The translations under genes and the position numbers were made by a program. DNA of 64,000 nt, from NCBI GenBank assembly GCA_965227845.1, contig OZ245770.1, forward strand, positions 2,715,017-2,779,016, given 5' to 3'. The notes below the pieces were generated by a model. The model was not told where the DNA came from and made no database searches. It saw only the letters and a program-made list of their open reading frames with translations. Origin of the DNA: Kaistia sp. (GTDB lineage Bacteria > Pseudomonadota > Alphaproteobacteria > Rhizobiales > Kaistiaceae). This document shows, in pieces, positions 1-9,221 of the stretch (its first letter is position 1; every line of letters begins with the position of its first letter).

Positions 1-603
1 AAATTCTGGAGCCAGTGCGCGAAGGACTACGCCGCGGCCCATCCGGCCGACACGGCCGCCGCGGCCGATGCAACTGCGACCCCGCCGGTTGAGCCGCCGG
101 CGAAGGCGAAGCCCGCCGCCGCTGCCAAGCCTGCCGCCGAGCCGGCCAAGCCGGCCCCCGCAGCCGAGGACACCGCCGCCACCGGCAAGGGCAAGTCGCC
201 CGCCATGCAGGCCTGCTCCGACCAGTGGGCCAAGCTGAAGGCCGACAACAAGGTGCCTGCCGGCCAGACCTGGCCGAAGTTCTGGAGCCAGTGCTCGAAG
301 GATTATGCCGCCGCCCATCCGGACGCGACGCCTGCCAAGCCGTCCAAGGCGGCTGCGGCGGCCGACGATGCCGATCTCGGCGCGCCGCTGCCCGATCCGG
401 AGACCGCCGCCAAGGTCGATCCTGCCAAACCGCTTGCCGGCAAGAAGGAGCCGACGCCGGGCCAGAAGGCCGCCTGGGCGCGGATGCGCTCCTGCGGCGC
501 CGAATGGCAAGCCGACAAGGCAGCGAGCAAGCTTCCGGCCGGCGCCAAGTGGCCGCAGTTCTGGAGCGACTGCAACAAGCGGCTGAAGGCCAAGGGCCAG
601 TAG
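1..603 (+). CDS. 3' part of a protein (truncated by window edge) with repeated C-x3-W...W-P-x-F-W-S-x-C modules separated by Ala/Pro/Lys-rich linkers (PsiF-repeat-like); probably exported, but the N-terminus is not visible
   Basis: Frame 1 is open from base 1 (KFWSQCAKDYAAAHP...) through the track ORF 205..603 to TAG at 601-603. Three copies of FWSxC, two of them in complete modules. Confidence 0.8.
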   Translation, partial: KFWSQCAKDYAAAHPADTAAAADATATPPVEPPAKAKPAAAAKPAAEPAKPAPAAEDTAATGKGKSPAMQACSDQWAKLKADNKVPAGQTWPKFWSQCSKDYAAAHPDATPAKPSKAAAAADDADLGAPLPDPETAAKVDPAKPLAGKKEPTPGQKAAWARMRSCGAEWQADKAASKLPAGAKWPQFWSDCNKRLKAKGQ

Positions 604-653
604 CCCCAAGGGCCACAAGCCGAACCACGACAGGCGATCCCTGTCCCGCATGG

Positions 654-678
654 GCCTGCCGGCCGAGCGCCGGCAGGC
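654..678. terminator. GC-rich hairpin after the repeat-protein gene, no U-tract
   Basis: gcctgccggc-cgagc-gccggcaggc, perfect 10-bp stem. Confidence 0.4.
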
Positions 679-711
679 ATCGTCATGATGAACCGAACGG
701 GGGAAACGTTC

Positions 712-1080
712 ATGGGACTTTTCGATGGACTGTTGAATACGGTGCTGAAGAATCTCGGCAGCAAGGACGGCGAACCGAGCTCGCTCGGCGACACGCTGAA
801 CAGCGCGCTCGCCCAGACGGACTTCGGCAGCCTTCAGGGGATCCTGGACCATCTGCAATCGTCCGGCCTCGGCGCGCAGGTCGCGTCATGGCTTGGGACC
901 GGCAGCAATCTGCCGATCAATGTCGAGCAGATCCGCAGCGCGCTCGGCAATGAGCAATTGCAGAAGCTCGCAGCACAATTCGGCGTTCCGCTCGACCAGG
1001 TCTCCGGCATGCTGGCGCAGGTGCTGCCCGAGACGGTGGACAAGCTGAGCCCGAACGGCAAGCTGACCTTGCCGAGCTGA
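712..1080 (+). CDS. YidB (DUF937) family protein
   Basis: MGLFDGLL start after a GGGG/GGAA SD-like run; GLGAQVASWLGTGSNLPI and LAQVLPETVDKLSPNGKL are typical YidB segments. Confidence 0.85.
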   Translation: MGLFDGLLNTVLKNLGSKDGEPSSLGDTLNSALAQTDFGSLQGILDHLQSSGLGAQVASWLGTGSNLPINVEQIRSALGNEQLQKLAAQFGVPLDQVSGMLAQVLPETVDKLSPNGKLTLPS

Positions 1081-1096
1081 CGCAGTTGGCATGATC

Positions 1097-1121
1097 CGGC
1101 CCGGCAGTACCTGCCGGGCCG
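1097..1121. terminator. GC-rich hairpin downstream of yidB-like gene
   Basis: cggcccggcag-tac-ctgccgggccg, perfect 11-bp stem, no U-tract. Confidence 0.45.
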
Positions 1122-1230
1122 CACCGCTCTCGAGCGAGCAGCGTCCCGACGCGACGGCGGCTGCCAGAGGTGTATTCGCGGACCGTTTCGGCTAAAGGGA
1201 AGCTGATCGCCCCGAACCCCGAGCCGTACC

Positions 1231-2196
1231 GTGACCGAGAACAGTCAAGCCGCCGATCCGAACCTCGCCGCCGCCCATCTCGAGACGGTGCGCGACTTTC
1301 TGCGCTATGCCGTCAGCCGCTTCGGCGCGGCGGGGCTCGCCCATGGCCATGGCGCCTCGACCGCCTTCGACGAGGCGGCCTATCTGGTGCTCGAGGGGCT
1401 GAAGCTGCCGATCGACGAACTGGAGCCGTTCCTCGACGCGAAGCTTCTGCCGGCCGAACGTACCCGCCTGGCCGACCTGATCGAGGCGCGGGTGACGACA
1501 CGCAAACCCAGCGCCTATCTGCTCGGTCGCGCCTATGTCCAGGGTGTGCCGCTCTATGTCGACGAGCGCGTGATCGTGCCGCGCTCGTTCATCTGCGAAC
1601 TGCTGTTCTCGGAGCTCTTCGGCGGCGACGACTTCACGCTTGTTGAGGACACCGGCTCGATCGAGAGCGTGCTCGACCTCTGCACCGGCTCGGGCGCGAT
1701 CGCGATCCTCGCGGCCGACGTGTTCGAGAATGCCGATATCGACGCGGTCGACCTGTCGCCCGGCGCGCTGGAAGTCGCGGCAATCAATGTCGCCGAGCAT
1801 GGCCAGGAGGCACGGATCTCGCTGATCGAAGGCGATCTCTTCGCCCCGCTCGAGGGCAAGACCTACGATCTCATCCTGACCAATCCGCCCTATGTCGACG
1901 CCATCGCGATGGAAGAACTGCCGCCGGAATATCGGCACGAACCTGAAATGGCACTCGGCTCCGGGCTCGACGGGCTCGACATCGTCCGCCGCATCCTCAG
2001 TGAGGCCGGTGCGCATCTCAACCCGGGTGGCGGCCTCCTGTGCGAGATCGGCGCGGGCCGCGAGATCATCGAGGCGGAATATCCGGACCTGCCCTTCCTC
2101 TGGCTCGATACCGAGGAGAGCGAAGGCGAGGTGTTCTGGCTGCCGGCCGAAGCCCTCGGCGTGCAGCCGTCGAGCACCATCGGCACGGTCGAGTAA
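1231..2196 (+). CDS. prmB: 50S ribosomal protein L3 N5-glutamine methyltransferase
   Basis: LETVRDFLRYAVSRF...HGHG..TAFDEAAYLV N-terminus, VDERVIVPRSFI, LDLCTGSG SAM motif, NPPY motif. Confidence 0.93.
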   Translation: MTENSQAADPNLAAAHLETVRDFLRYAVSRFGAAGLAHGHGASTAFDEAAYLVLEGLKLPIDELEPFLDAKLLPAERTRLADLIEARVTTRKPSAYLLGRAYVQGVPLYVDERVIVPRSFICELLFSELFGGDDFTLVEDTGSIESVLDLCTGSGAIAILAADVFENADIDAVDLSPGALEVAAINVAEHGQEARISLIEGDLFAPLEGKTYDLILTNPPYVDAIAMEELPPEYRHEPEMALGSGLDGLDIVRRILSEAGAHLNPGGGLLCEIGAGREIIEAEYPDLPFLWLDTEESEGEVFWLPAEALGVQPSSTIGTVE

Positions 2197-2210
2197 GATC
2201 GACATCGCAG

Positions 2211-2236
2211 CGCCCCGGCCGTTGCCGGCCGGGGCG
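2211..2236. terminator. Hairpin between convergent prmB and MFS genes (possible bidirectional terminator)
   Basis: cgccccggccg-ttgc-cggccggggcg, 11-bp stem. Confidence 0.5.
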
Positions 2237-2249
2237 TGTCGAACCTGGT

Positions 2250-3773
2250 TCAGGCCTCGATTTCCAGCATCCGCTCGCGCCGGCGCGGTCCGGGCCGGCG
2301 GACGAGGGCGAGGAACGTCACCACCGCCGCCGTGAAGGTAATGGCGCCGACGATCAGCATCGTCGAGCGGAAGGCGGCTCCATAGGCCATCGCGAAGGTA
2401 CCGGCCGGGACCGCCGGCGCAATCCGCGCCGCCTCGGTGAAGGCCCCGTTCGCGACCGCAAGGGAGAGACCTTCGATCGCCGTCCCGCCGCCGGGCAGGC
2501 TGGCCCCGACAAAGGCCGCAATCACGGCGCCGATCACCGCGATCGCCACCGTCTCGCCGGCGACGCGCATCGTGCCGAAGATGCCGGTCGCCATGCCCGC
2601 GCGCTCGGTCGGCACGACCGAGATGGCGAGATCATCCATCAGGCCCCAGGGCATGCCGGCACCGATGCCGACCAGAAGCAGCGGCGGCACGAAGGCCATC
2701 GGCGCCGCGCCCGGCGCGATCGCCGCCAGCCAGACGATGCCGGCGGCCGAGAGCAGCAGGCCACCCGAAGCGAGCAGTCCCGCCGGGACGACGCGGGCGA
2801 GATTGGCCGCGACGAACGGCACGATGGCAATCGGCGCCGAGAGCGGCAGCAGCATCAGCCCCGCGCCGAGTTCGCTCATTCCCTCGACCCGCACGAAGCG
2901 GATCGGCAGCAGGAACAGCGGCACGACGAAGGAATAGGCGACTGCGACGGGCAGCGCCTGGATGCCGACGAAACGGCCATAGGTGAACAGCGTCAGGTCG
3001 AGCATCGGCCGGCGGACGAGCCGTTCAACCGTGATGAAGCCGATCAGGAGCAGGCCGGCGAGCCCGAACAGGCCGATGACCAGCGGATGATCGAAGCCGA
3101 GCACAGGCCCTTCCATGATGGCGAAGATCAGCGCCACCAGCATGGCGGTGAAGCTGGCAGCGCCGAGACCGTCGATGCCGGTCGCGCCAGGATCGCGCGA
3201 TTCACGAAGGCGCGGCGCCGCGACGGCGAGGATCAGGACGCCGGCCGCCGAGGTGGCGAAGAAGATCGCGCGCCAGCCGAGCGAGGCGATCAGGAGGCCG
3301 GCGATGATCGGGCCGAAGGCGATGCCAATGCCGAAGCCGGAACCGATGAGGCCGAGCGCCCGCGTCCGGGCCGGCCCTTCAAATTCCTGCGCCAGCGCGG
3401 CAAAGCCGGCCGAAAGCGCGATCGCCCCGGCGACGCCCTGAACGCCGCGCAGCAGATCGAGCACCAGCACGCTCGGCACGAAGCCGATGGCGAAGGACGT
3501 GATCGTGAAACCGGCCATGCCGAGGATGAACATGCGCTTGCGGCCATACTGGTCGGCCAGCGCCCCACCCAGCATCACGCTGGAGCCGACCGCGAGCATG
3601 AAGCCCGAGACGATCCAGTTGAGCGCCGTGACGCTGCCGCCGAGATCGGCGCCGATCGCGGGAATCGCGACGGCGGGACCCGTGAAGGAGATCGGGATGG
3701 TGACGGCGACGAGGAAGATGGCGGCAAGAATGAATGCCTTCTTCCGCGCCGCATCGGAGGATGCGTCGGTCAT
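2250..3773 (-). CDS. MFS efflux transporter, DHA2 (EmrB/QacA-like, 14-TMS) type
   Basis: GALADQYGRKR motif A, many hydrophobic helices, divergent from a TetR gene. Confidence 0.88.
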   Translation of the reverse strand: MTDASSDAARKKAFILAAIFLVAVTIPISFTGPAVAIPAIGADLGGSVTALNWIVSGFMLAVGSSVMLGGALADQYGRKRMFILGMAGFTITSFAIGFVPSVLVLDLLRGVQGVAGAIALSAGFAALAQEFEGPARTRALGLIGSGFGIGIAFGPIIAGLLIASLGWRAIFFATSAAGVLILAVAAPRLRESRDPGATGIDGLGAASFTAMLVALIFAIMEGPVLGFDHPLVIGLFGLAGLLLIGFITVERLVRRPMLDLTLFTYGRFVGIQALPVAVAYSFVVPLFLLPIRFVRVEGMSELGAGLMLLPLSAPIAIVPFVAANLARVVPAGLLASGGLLLSAAGIVWLAAIAPGAAPMAFVPPLLLVGIGAGMPWGLMDDLAISVVPTERAGMATGIFGTMRVAGETVAIAVIGAVIAAFVGASLPGGGTAIEGLSLAVANGAFTEAARIAPAVPAGTFAMAYGAAFRSTMLIVGAITFTAAVVTFLALVRRPGPRRRERMLEIEA

Positions 3774-3893
3774 GATAGGTCTCGTGGTTTGGCTTGCCCC
3801 AGGCGGAAGGGCAGAATCAAAGGCCTGGAATGCGCGGCGGGAGAGGCGCCGCGCATTCCAGCGACGGCCGGCCGCCGTCGGCAGCCCCTTATT

Positions 3894-3951
3894 TGTAGGG
3901 ACCGTTACACAAACATAAACCCTTGATTCCTGCCGTCAAGGGCTTTATTTA
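3894..3951. promoter_or_regulatory. Divergent overlapping sigma70-type promoters plus putative TetR operator
   Basis: + strand TTGATT(3923)-N17-TATTTA; - strand TTGACG(3939)-N16-TATGTT; TGTA-N8-TACA at 3894-3909 in an AT-rich patch. Confidence 0.5.
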
Positions 3952-4013
3952 GCGATCATAACAGAAAGAAGGCCGGGCCTGCTGCTGGGCCGGATTTCGA
4001 GGACACCGAGGCA

Positions 4014-4625
4014 ATGGGTGCACGTGGCAGGCCGCGCGGGTTCGACCGCGACGCCGCCCTTGAACAGGCGATGGACGTCTTCTGGGCGCGCGGTTATGCC
4101 GGCGCCTCGATCGCGGAATTGACCGAGGCGATGGGCATCAACCCGCCCAGCCTCTATGCCGCGTTCGGCTCCAAGGAAGAGCTGTTCAAGGAAGCCGTCC
4201 GCCTGTACGCGGCAACCGACGATGCCTGCACGCTGGCGATGCTCGAAGGCGATCTCTCGACGCGCGACTCGATCGCCGCAATGCTCCAGGCGAGCGCGCG
4301 CTCCTGCGCGATGCCGGGCAAGCCGAGCGGCTGCTTCATGATGCTCGGCGCCACCAATGGCGGCCCGGAGAGCGAGGCAGCGAAGGATTTTCTCTGCGAC
4401 CGCCGTCGCGACATGACGGCCCGCATTCGCGCCCGGCTCGCCCGCGGCATTGCCGACGGTGAATTGCCGCCTGGACTGGACCTCGGCCGCGTCACCGCCT
4501 TCTTTGCCACCGTCATCAAGGGCATGTCGATCGAGGCGCGCGACGGCGCCGACATCGAGACGCTCGCCGCCGTCGCCCGCAGCGCGATGCTCGGCTGGGA
4601 CGCGATCACCTCGACACAGGGCTGA
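4014..4625 (+). CDS. TetR/AcrR family transcriptional regulator
   Basis: GRPRGFDRDAALEQAMDVFWARGY...GINPPSLYAAFGSKEELF HTH. Confidence 0.93.
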   Translation: MGARGRPRGFDRDAALEQAMDVFWARGYAGASIAELTEAMGINPPSLYAAFGSKEELFKEAVRLYAATDDACTLAMLEGDLSTRDSIAAMLQASARSCAMPGKPSGCFMMLGATNGGPESEAAKDFLCDRRRDMTARIRARLARGIADGELPPGLDLGRVTAFFATVIKGMSIEARDGADIETLAAVARSAMLGWDAITSTQG

Positions 4626-4662
4626 GGGGCGGACCGCGCCGGAGCGCGATCCGCCGGGATCA

Positions 4663-5754
4663 TCAGGGCGCCAGCGCCTCGGCGCCGACCACCGCCGCCG
4701 GATAGGGCAGCGCCGACACCGGCTTCGATACCGGCTTGCTGCTCGCGAACAGCGGCGCGAGGTCGATCGTGAGATAGCTGGTGCGGTGGTCGTAGTCGGA
4801 GATCGTCAGGCGGTTGTTGGTGAGGTCCTTGATCGACACCCACTGGGTATAGTCCGAGACGACCTTATCGCCGTCCTTCGACTGTGCGATGCCGATCGGA
4901 ATATCGACGGTATTGAGGATATGCGTGATGGTCTGCGTCGCCTCGCCGACGTCCTTCGGCTGCGGCACGAAATGGCGCATGAAGGCGGCGCGCACGAAGC
5001 GCGAGGGCGGCGTGAAGTCGCCCGGCAGGCCCATCGTGCCGCCGCCCTGGCCGAGCGCGGTCACATCGACATCGCCATATTGCCGGCTGTCGGCGCCGAT
5101 CGAGGACAGGTTCACATAGTTCCGGAGATTGGTGAGGTGCCAGTCATAGGTCGGCGCATTGGTCAGCACATGCGCTGCGTCGTCGTGCATCTGCAGTTCG
5201 CCGCCGACATATTCGACGATCAGCCCAGCGCCGGAGCGGTCGTTGATCTTGAAGTGCATGGCCGGAACCGTCGGTCCGGTCGGCAGCGCGGGGTCGGACC
5301 AGACCTTCACGGTCGGCAGCGCTGCCTTGACGCTTGCGACATCCTTGAAGCTGCCGAGCAGCCATTTGGCGAAGGAGAGGATCTCGACCGCGTTCTCGTC
5401 GCCGGTGCCGGCGCTCTGATATTGCGTGAAGCCCGGCAGGAAATTGGCGCTGAGGGCGAGGCCCGCCTCATTCTGACCCTCGACGATCGGCGTGCCGGGG
5501 ATGATGCCGGCGCCGATGCCAACTGCTGAATAGGTCGTCGTGACGGTCTTCGCCGGCATGCCCTTCGGCATCGGCAGCGTCAAGGTCGTGCCCTTGGGGG
5601 TGCTGACCAGCGTCCAGTTCATGTCGAACGCCCACTCCATCGTGCGGCCGGCGACAACGGACTTGTCGTTGGCGACGATGTCGACCGCCGTGCAGGCGAG
5701 CGCGGCATTGGTGATGGCGAGGATCGAGACGGTGGCGGCGAGGATGCGCAGCAT
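4663..5754 (-). CDS. Secreted linear amide C-N hydrolase (choloylglycine hydrolase / penicillin V acylase family, Ntn hydrolase)
   Basis: Signal peptide MLRILAATVSILAITNAALA followed by CTAV (N-terminal nucleophile Cys), GRTMEW, GQNEAGL, LTNAP, LPGDFTPPSRFVRA. Start placed at the ATG after an AGGGAG SD. Confidence 0.88.
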   Translation of the reverse strand: MLRILAATVSILAITNAALACTAVDIVANDKSVVAGRTMEWAFDMNWTLVSTPKGTTLTLPMPKGMPAKTVTTTYSAVGIGAGIIPGTPIVEGQNEAGLALSANFLPGFTQYQSAGTGDENAVEILSFAKWLLGSFKDVASVKAALPTVKVWSDPALPTGPTVPAMHFKINDRSGAGLIVEYVGGELQMHDDAAHVLTNAPTYDWHLTNLRNYVNLSSIGADSRQYGDVDVTALGQGGGTMGLPGDFTPPSRFVRAAFMRHFVPQPKDVGEATQTITHILNTVDIPIGIAQSKDGDKVVSDYTQWVSIKDLTNNRLTISDYDHRTSYLTIDLAPLFASSKPVSKPVSALPYPAAVVGAEALAP

Positions 5755-5995
5755 GGCGTGAGCTCCCTGAGGTTCGTGCTTATTGCCCCTAAGCGGCACC
5801 TTAGCCTTACGGCCTTAAGGGTGGTTGAATGATGTCGGATGCATTCGCCACATGGGTGACCCGCGCCGGGATGGCGCATCCAGGGTGCAAACCCGCTGAT
5901 TTCCGTGTCCGCCTGTGCTATGAGGCGGCCAACACCCTGATGCCGAACCGTTTGAGCGCACCCGCGCACCGGTCGGCCATAGACTGGATTTCGCC

Positions 5996-7222
5996 ATGAC
6001 CGCCCCGCTTGCCGCCGCGCCGGCCGAGACGCCCGTTCCCGCCTACATCCCGCGCGTCGTCGCCGAGACGCCCTCCCTGGTCGGCCTGTCGCGCGCCGGC
6101 ATCGGCGCGGAACTCGCTCGCATCGGCATCGAGCAAAAGCAGATCCGCATGCGCACGGCGCAGATCTGGAACTGGATCTATGCCCGCGGCGTGACCGACT
6201 TCGGCGACATGCTGAACGTCTCGAAGGATATGCGCGCGACGCTCGCTGCCGCCTTCACGCTCAAGCGGCCCGAGATCGTAACCGAGCAGATCTCCGAGGA
6301 CGGCACGCGCAAGTGGCTGATGCGCTTTCCCGCCCGCGGCGCCGGGCGGCCCGTCGAGATCGAGACCGTCTATATCCCGGAAATCGGCCGTGGCACGCTC
6401 TGCGTCTCCTCGCAGGTCGGCTGCACGCTGACCTGCTCGTTCTGCCATACCGGAACGCAGAAGCTGGTGCGCAATCTGACCGCCGAGGAGATCGTCGGCC
6501 AGATCCTCGTCGCGCGCGACCGTCTCGGCGATTTTCCCGACAAGGCGACGCCGGTCGGCGCCGCGGTTCCTTCCGAGGGACGCCTCGTCTCCAACATCGT
6601 CATGATGGGCATGGGCGAGCCGCTCTACAATTTCGACAATGTGAAGGAGGCGCTTCTCATCGCCTCCGATGGCGAGGGCCTGTCGCTGTCGAAGCGTCGC
6701 ATCACGCTGTCGACATCGGGCGTCGTGCCGGAAATCCCGCGCGCCGGCGCCGAGATCGGCTCGATGCTCGCCATCTCGCTGCATGCGGTGCGCGACGATC
6801 TCCGCGACATGCTGGTGCCGCTCAACCGGAAATATCCGATCGCCGAGCTGCTCGAAGCCTGCCGGAACTATCCCGGCCTCTCCAACGCCCGGCGCATCAC
6901 CTTCGAATATGTGATGCTGAAGGACGTCAACGACAGCCCGGCCGACGCGCGCGAACTGGTGCGGCTGCTGAAGGGCATCCCGGCCAAGATCAACCTGATC
7001 CCGTTCAATCCCTGGCCGGGGGTCAACTACCAGTGCTCCGACTGGGAGACGATCGAGGCGTTCTCCGACATCGTCAACCGCGCCGGCTATGCCTCGCCAA
7101 TCCGCACGCCGCGCGGCCGCGACATCCTCGCAGCCTGCGGCCAGCTGAAGAGCGAAAGCGAGCGCATGCGGGCGCGCGAGCGCCTGGCGCTCGAAGCGAT
7201 GATGGCCGACAGCGACGACTGA
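5996..7222 (+). CDS. rlmN: 23S rRNA m2A2503 / tRNA m2A37 radical-SAM methyltransferase
   Basis: [20 protein letters not shown] (CxxxCxxC), [22 protein letters not shown]. Confidence 0.96.
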   Translation: MTAPLAAAPAETPVPAYIPRVVAETPSLVGLSRAGIGAELARIGIEQKQIRMRTAQIWNWIYARGVTDFGDMLNVSKDMRATLAAAFTLKRPEIVTEQISEDGTRKWLMRFPARGAGRPVEIETVYIPEIGRGTLCVSSQVGCTLTCSFCHTGTQKLVRNLTAEEIVGQILVARDRLGDFPDKATPVGAAVPSEGRLVSNIVMMGMGEPLYNFDNVKEALLIASDGEGLSLSKRRITLSTSGVVPEIPRAGAEIGSMLAISLHAVRDDLRDMLVPLNRKYPIAELLEACRNYPGLSNARRITFEYVMLKDVNDSPADARELVRLLKGIPAKINLIPFNPWPGVNYQCSDWETIEAFSDIVNRAGYASPIRTPRGRDILAACGQLKSESERMRARERLALEAMMADSDD

Positions 7223-7347
7223 CCCATCGTCGGTGGGCGTGCTCGCCCGGCGATCGTCGACATGGCAAATGTGATGCGTGTGCCATTGTCAGCAGCTAGC
7301 ATGCCCTCATCGACCAGCCGTTCTACGGCATGGGCAGGGAGAGGGAC

Positions 7348-9003
7348 ATGTCGGATACCACCGTTAATGCACTGGCCGGAAAACCCGTGCCGCGCGCGCT
7401 GCTCGCGAATATTCCTCGGCTGATGACGGCCTATTTCACGCTGACGCCCGACCCCGCCATCCGGGCGCAGCGCGTGGCGTTCGGCACCTCCGGCCACCGT
7501 GGTTCGGCCTATGCGGCCTCGTTCAACGAGTGGCACATCCTCGCGATCACGCAAGCCGTCTGCAACTACCGGAAGAGCGTCGGCACCACCGGGCCGCTGT
7601 TCATCGGCATGGACAGCCATGCGCTGTCCGAAGCGGCCTTTGCCAGCGCCCTCGAGGTTCTCGCGGCCAATGGCGTCGAGACGATGATCGACGCTGCCGG
7701 CGGCTACACACCGACGCCGGTCATCTCGCACGCGATCCTCACCTATAACCGCGGCCGCACCGAGGGCCTTGCCGACGGCATCGTGATCAGCCCGTCGCAT
7801 AATCCACCTGATGAAGGCGGCTTCAAATACAACCCGGTCAATGGCGGCCCAGCCGATGTCGACGTTACCGGTTGGATCGGCAAGGCCGCGAACGATTTCC
7901 TCGCGGCCAAGCTCGTCGGCATCAAGCGCCTGCCTTATGAGACGGCGCGCAAGGCCGCCTGCGTCCACGCTTATGACTTCGTCACACCCTATGTGGCCGA
8001 TCTCGCCCGCGTGGTCGACATGGACGCGATCCGCGGCTCCGGCGTCCGCGTCGGCATCGATCCGCTCGGCGGCGCCGCGATCGGCTACTGGCAGCCGGTG
8101 ATCGAGCGCTATGGCATCGCCGCGACCGTGGTCAACGACGTCGTCGACCAGACGTTCAGCTTCATGACGGCGGACTGGGACGGCAAGATCCGCATGGACT
8201 GCTCCTCGCCCTATGCGATGGCGCCGCTGATCGCGCTCCGCGACCGCTTCGACGTCGCCTTCGCCAACGATACCGATGCCGACCGGCACGGCATCGTCAC
8301 GCCCTCGGGTGGCCTGATGAACCCGAACGCCTTCCTCGCCGCCTCGGTCGCCTATCTCTGCGGCAACCGACCCGACTGGCGGGCCGACAGCGCCATCGGC
8401 AAGACCGTCGTCTCCAGCGGCATGATCGACCGCGTTGCAGCCAAGATGGGCCGGCGGCTGGTCGAGGTGCCCGTCGGCTTCAAGTGGTTCAGCAAGGGGC
8501 TCGTCGACGGCACGCTCGCCTTCGGCGGCGAGGAGAGCGCCGGTGCCTCGTTCCTGCGCCGCGACGGCACGGTGTGGACCACCGACAAGGACGGCCTGAT
8601 CATGGGCCTCCTGGCGGCGGAGATCACCGCACGCAGCGGCATGGATCCGAGCCAGCTCTATGCCTCGGCCACCGCCGATCTCGGCCACTCCTATTATGCC
8701 CGCATCGATGCGCCGGCGACGGTCGAGCAGAAGGCGCTGCTCGGCAAGCTCGACCCGGGGCAGATCGACGCCACCGAACTCGCCGGCGAGACCGTCGAGG
8801 CGCGGCTGACGCATGCGCCCGGCAATGGCGAGCCGATCGGCGGCATCAAGATCGTGACGAAGGACGGCTGGTTCGCGGCGCGGCCGTCGGGCACCGAAGA
8901 AGTCTACAAGATCTACGCCGAGAGCTTCCGCAGCGCCGAGCATCTCGCCGAGATCCAGGCCGATGCGCGCGCGACGGTGTCGCGCCTGTTCGCGGCGCAA
9001 TAG
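7348..9003 (+). CDS. pgm: Phosphoglucomutase (alpha-D-glucose phosphate-specific)
   Basis: FGTSGHRG, ISPSHNPP active-site Ser, DTDADRHG metal loop, GGEESAGAS, RPSGTE. Confidence 0.95.
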   Translation: MSDTTVNALAGKPVPRALLANIPRLMTAYFTLTPDPAIRAQRVAFGTSGHRGSAYAASFNEWHILAITQAVCNYRKSVGTTGPLFIGMDSHALSEAAFASALEVLAANGVETMIDAAGGYTPTPVISHAILTYNRGRTEGLADGIVISPSHNPPDEGGFKYNPVNGGPADVDVTGWIGKAANDFLAAKLVGIKRLPYETARKAACVHAYDFVTPYVADLARVVDMDAIRGSGVRVGIDPLGGAAIGYWQPVIERYGIAATVVNDVVDQTFSFMTADWDGKIRMDCSSPYAMAPLIALRDRFDVAFANDTDADRHGIVTPSGGLMNPNAFLAASVAYLCGNRPDWRADSAIGKTVVSSGMIDRVAAKMGRRLVEVPVGFKWFSKGLVDGTLAFGGEESAGASFLRRDGTVWTTDKDGLIMGLLAAEITARSGMDPSQLYASATADLGHSYYARIDAPATVEQKALLGKLDPGQIDATELAGETVEARLTHAPGNGEPIGGIKIVTKDGWFAARPSGTEEVYKIYAESFRSAEHLAEIQADARATVSRLFAAQ

Positions 9004-9017
9004 GCGCGCCGTCGCGA

Positions 9018-9041
9018 ATGGGCCGGGTCGACCCGGCCCAT
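9018..9041. repeat. Perfect 24-bp palindrome just downstream of pgm
   Basis: atgggccgggtc|gacccggcccat. Confidence 0.75.
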
Positions 9042-9149
9042 CGCCCATCTTTGCTCTCCGTCAATCGGCGGTTGGCGATTCCCGCTAGGGTGCGCGCGAT
9101 CGGGCGGCCGAGGCCGGCTCCGATCGCGTCCGAGCTTTGCGAGGAATTC

Positions 9150-9221
9150 ATGCCGTTCGAGCAGCCGCCTTTCTTTGTGATCGCGGCCCGGCCTGGCGCG
9201 ACGGCGGAGGCACCGCGGTGA
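9150..9221 (+). CDS. Putative 23-aa Pro-rich leader peptide upstream of mgtA (MPFEQPPFFVIAARPGATAEAPR)
   Basis: GAGGA SD at 9141-9145, ATG at 9150, 5 Pro including a PP pair, stop TGA overlaps the mgtA start (GTGATG). Confidence 0.45.
   Translation: MPFEQPPFFVIAARPGATAEAPR

Noticed and set aside
2040-3926. Long antisense or alternate-frame ORFs (e.g. 2040..3926, 7087..9048, 10082..11599, 18419..19846, 34082..36655, 42497..44323, 46253..47803, 60138..61385)
   Set aside because: They shadow well-supported genes on the opposite strand, are Arg/Gly/Asp-rich without family motifs, and are expected from codon bias in high-GC DNA.
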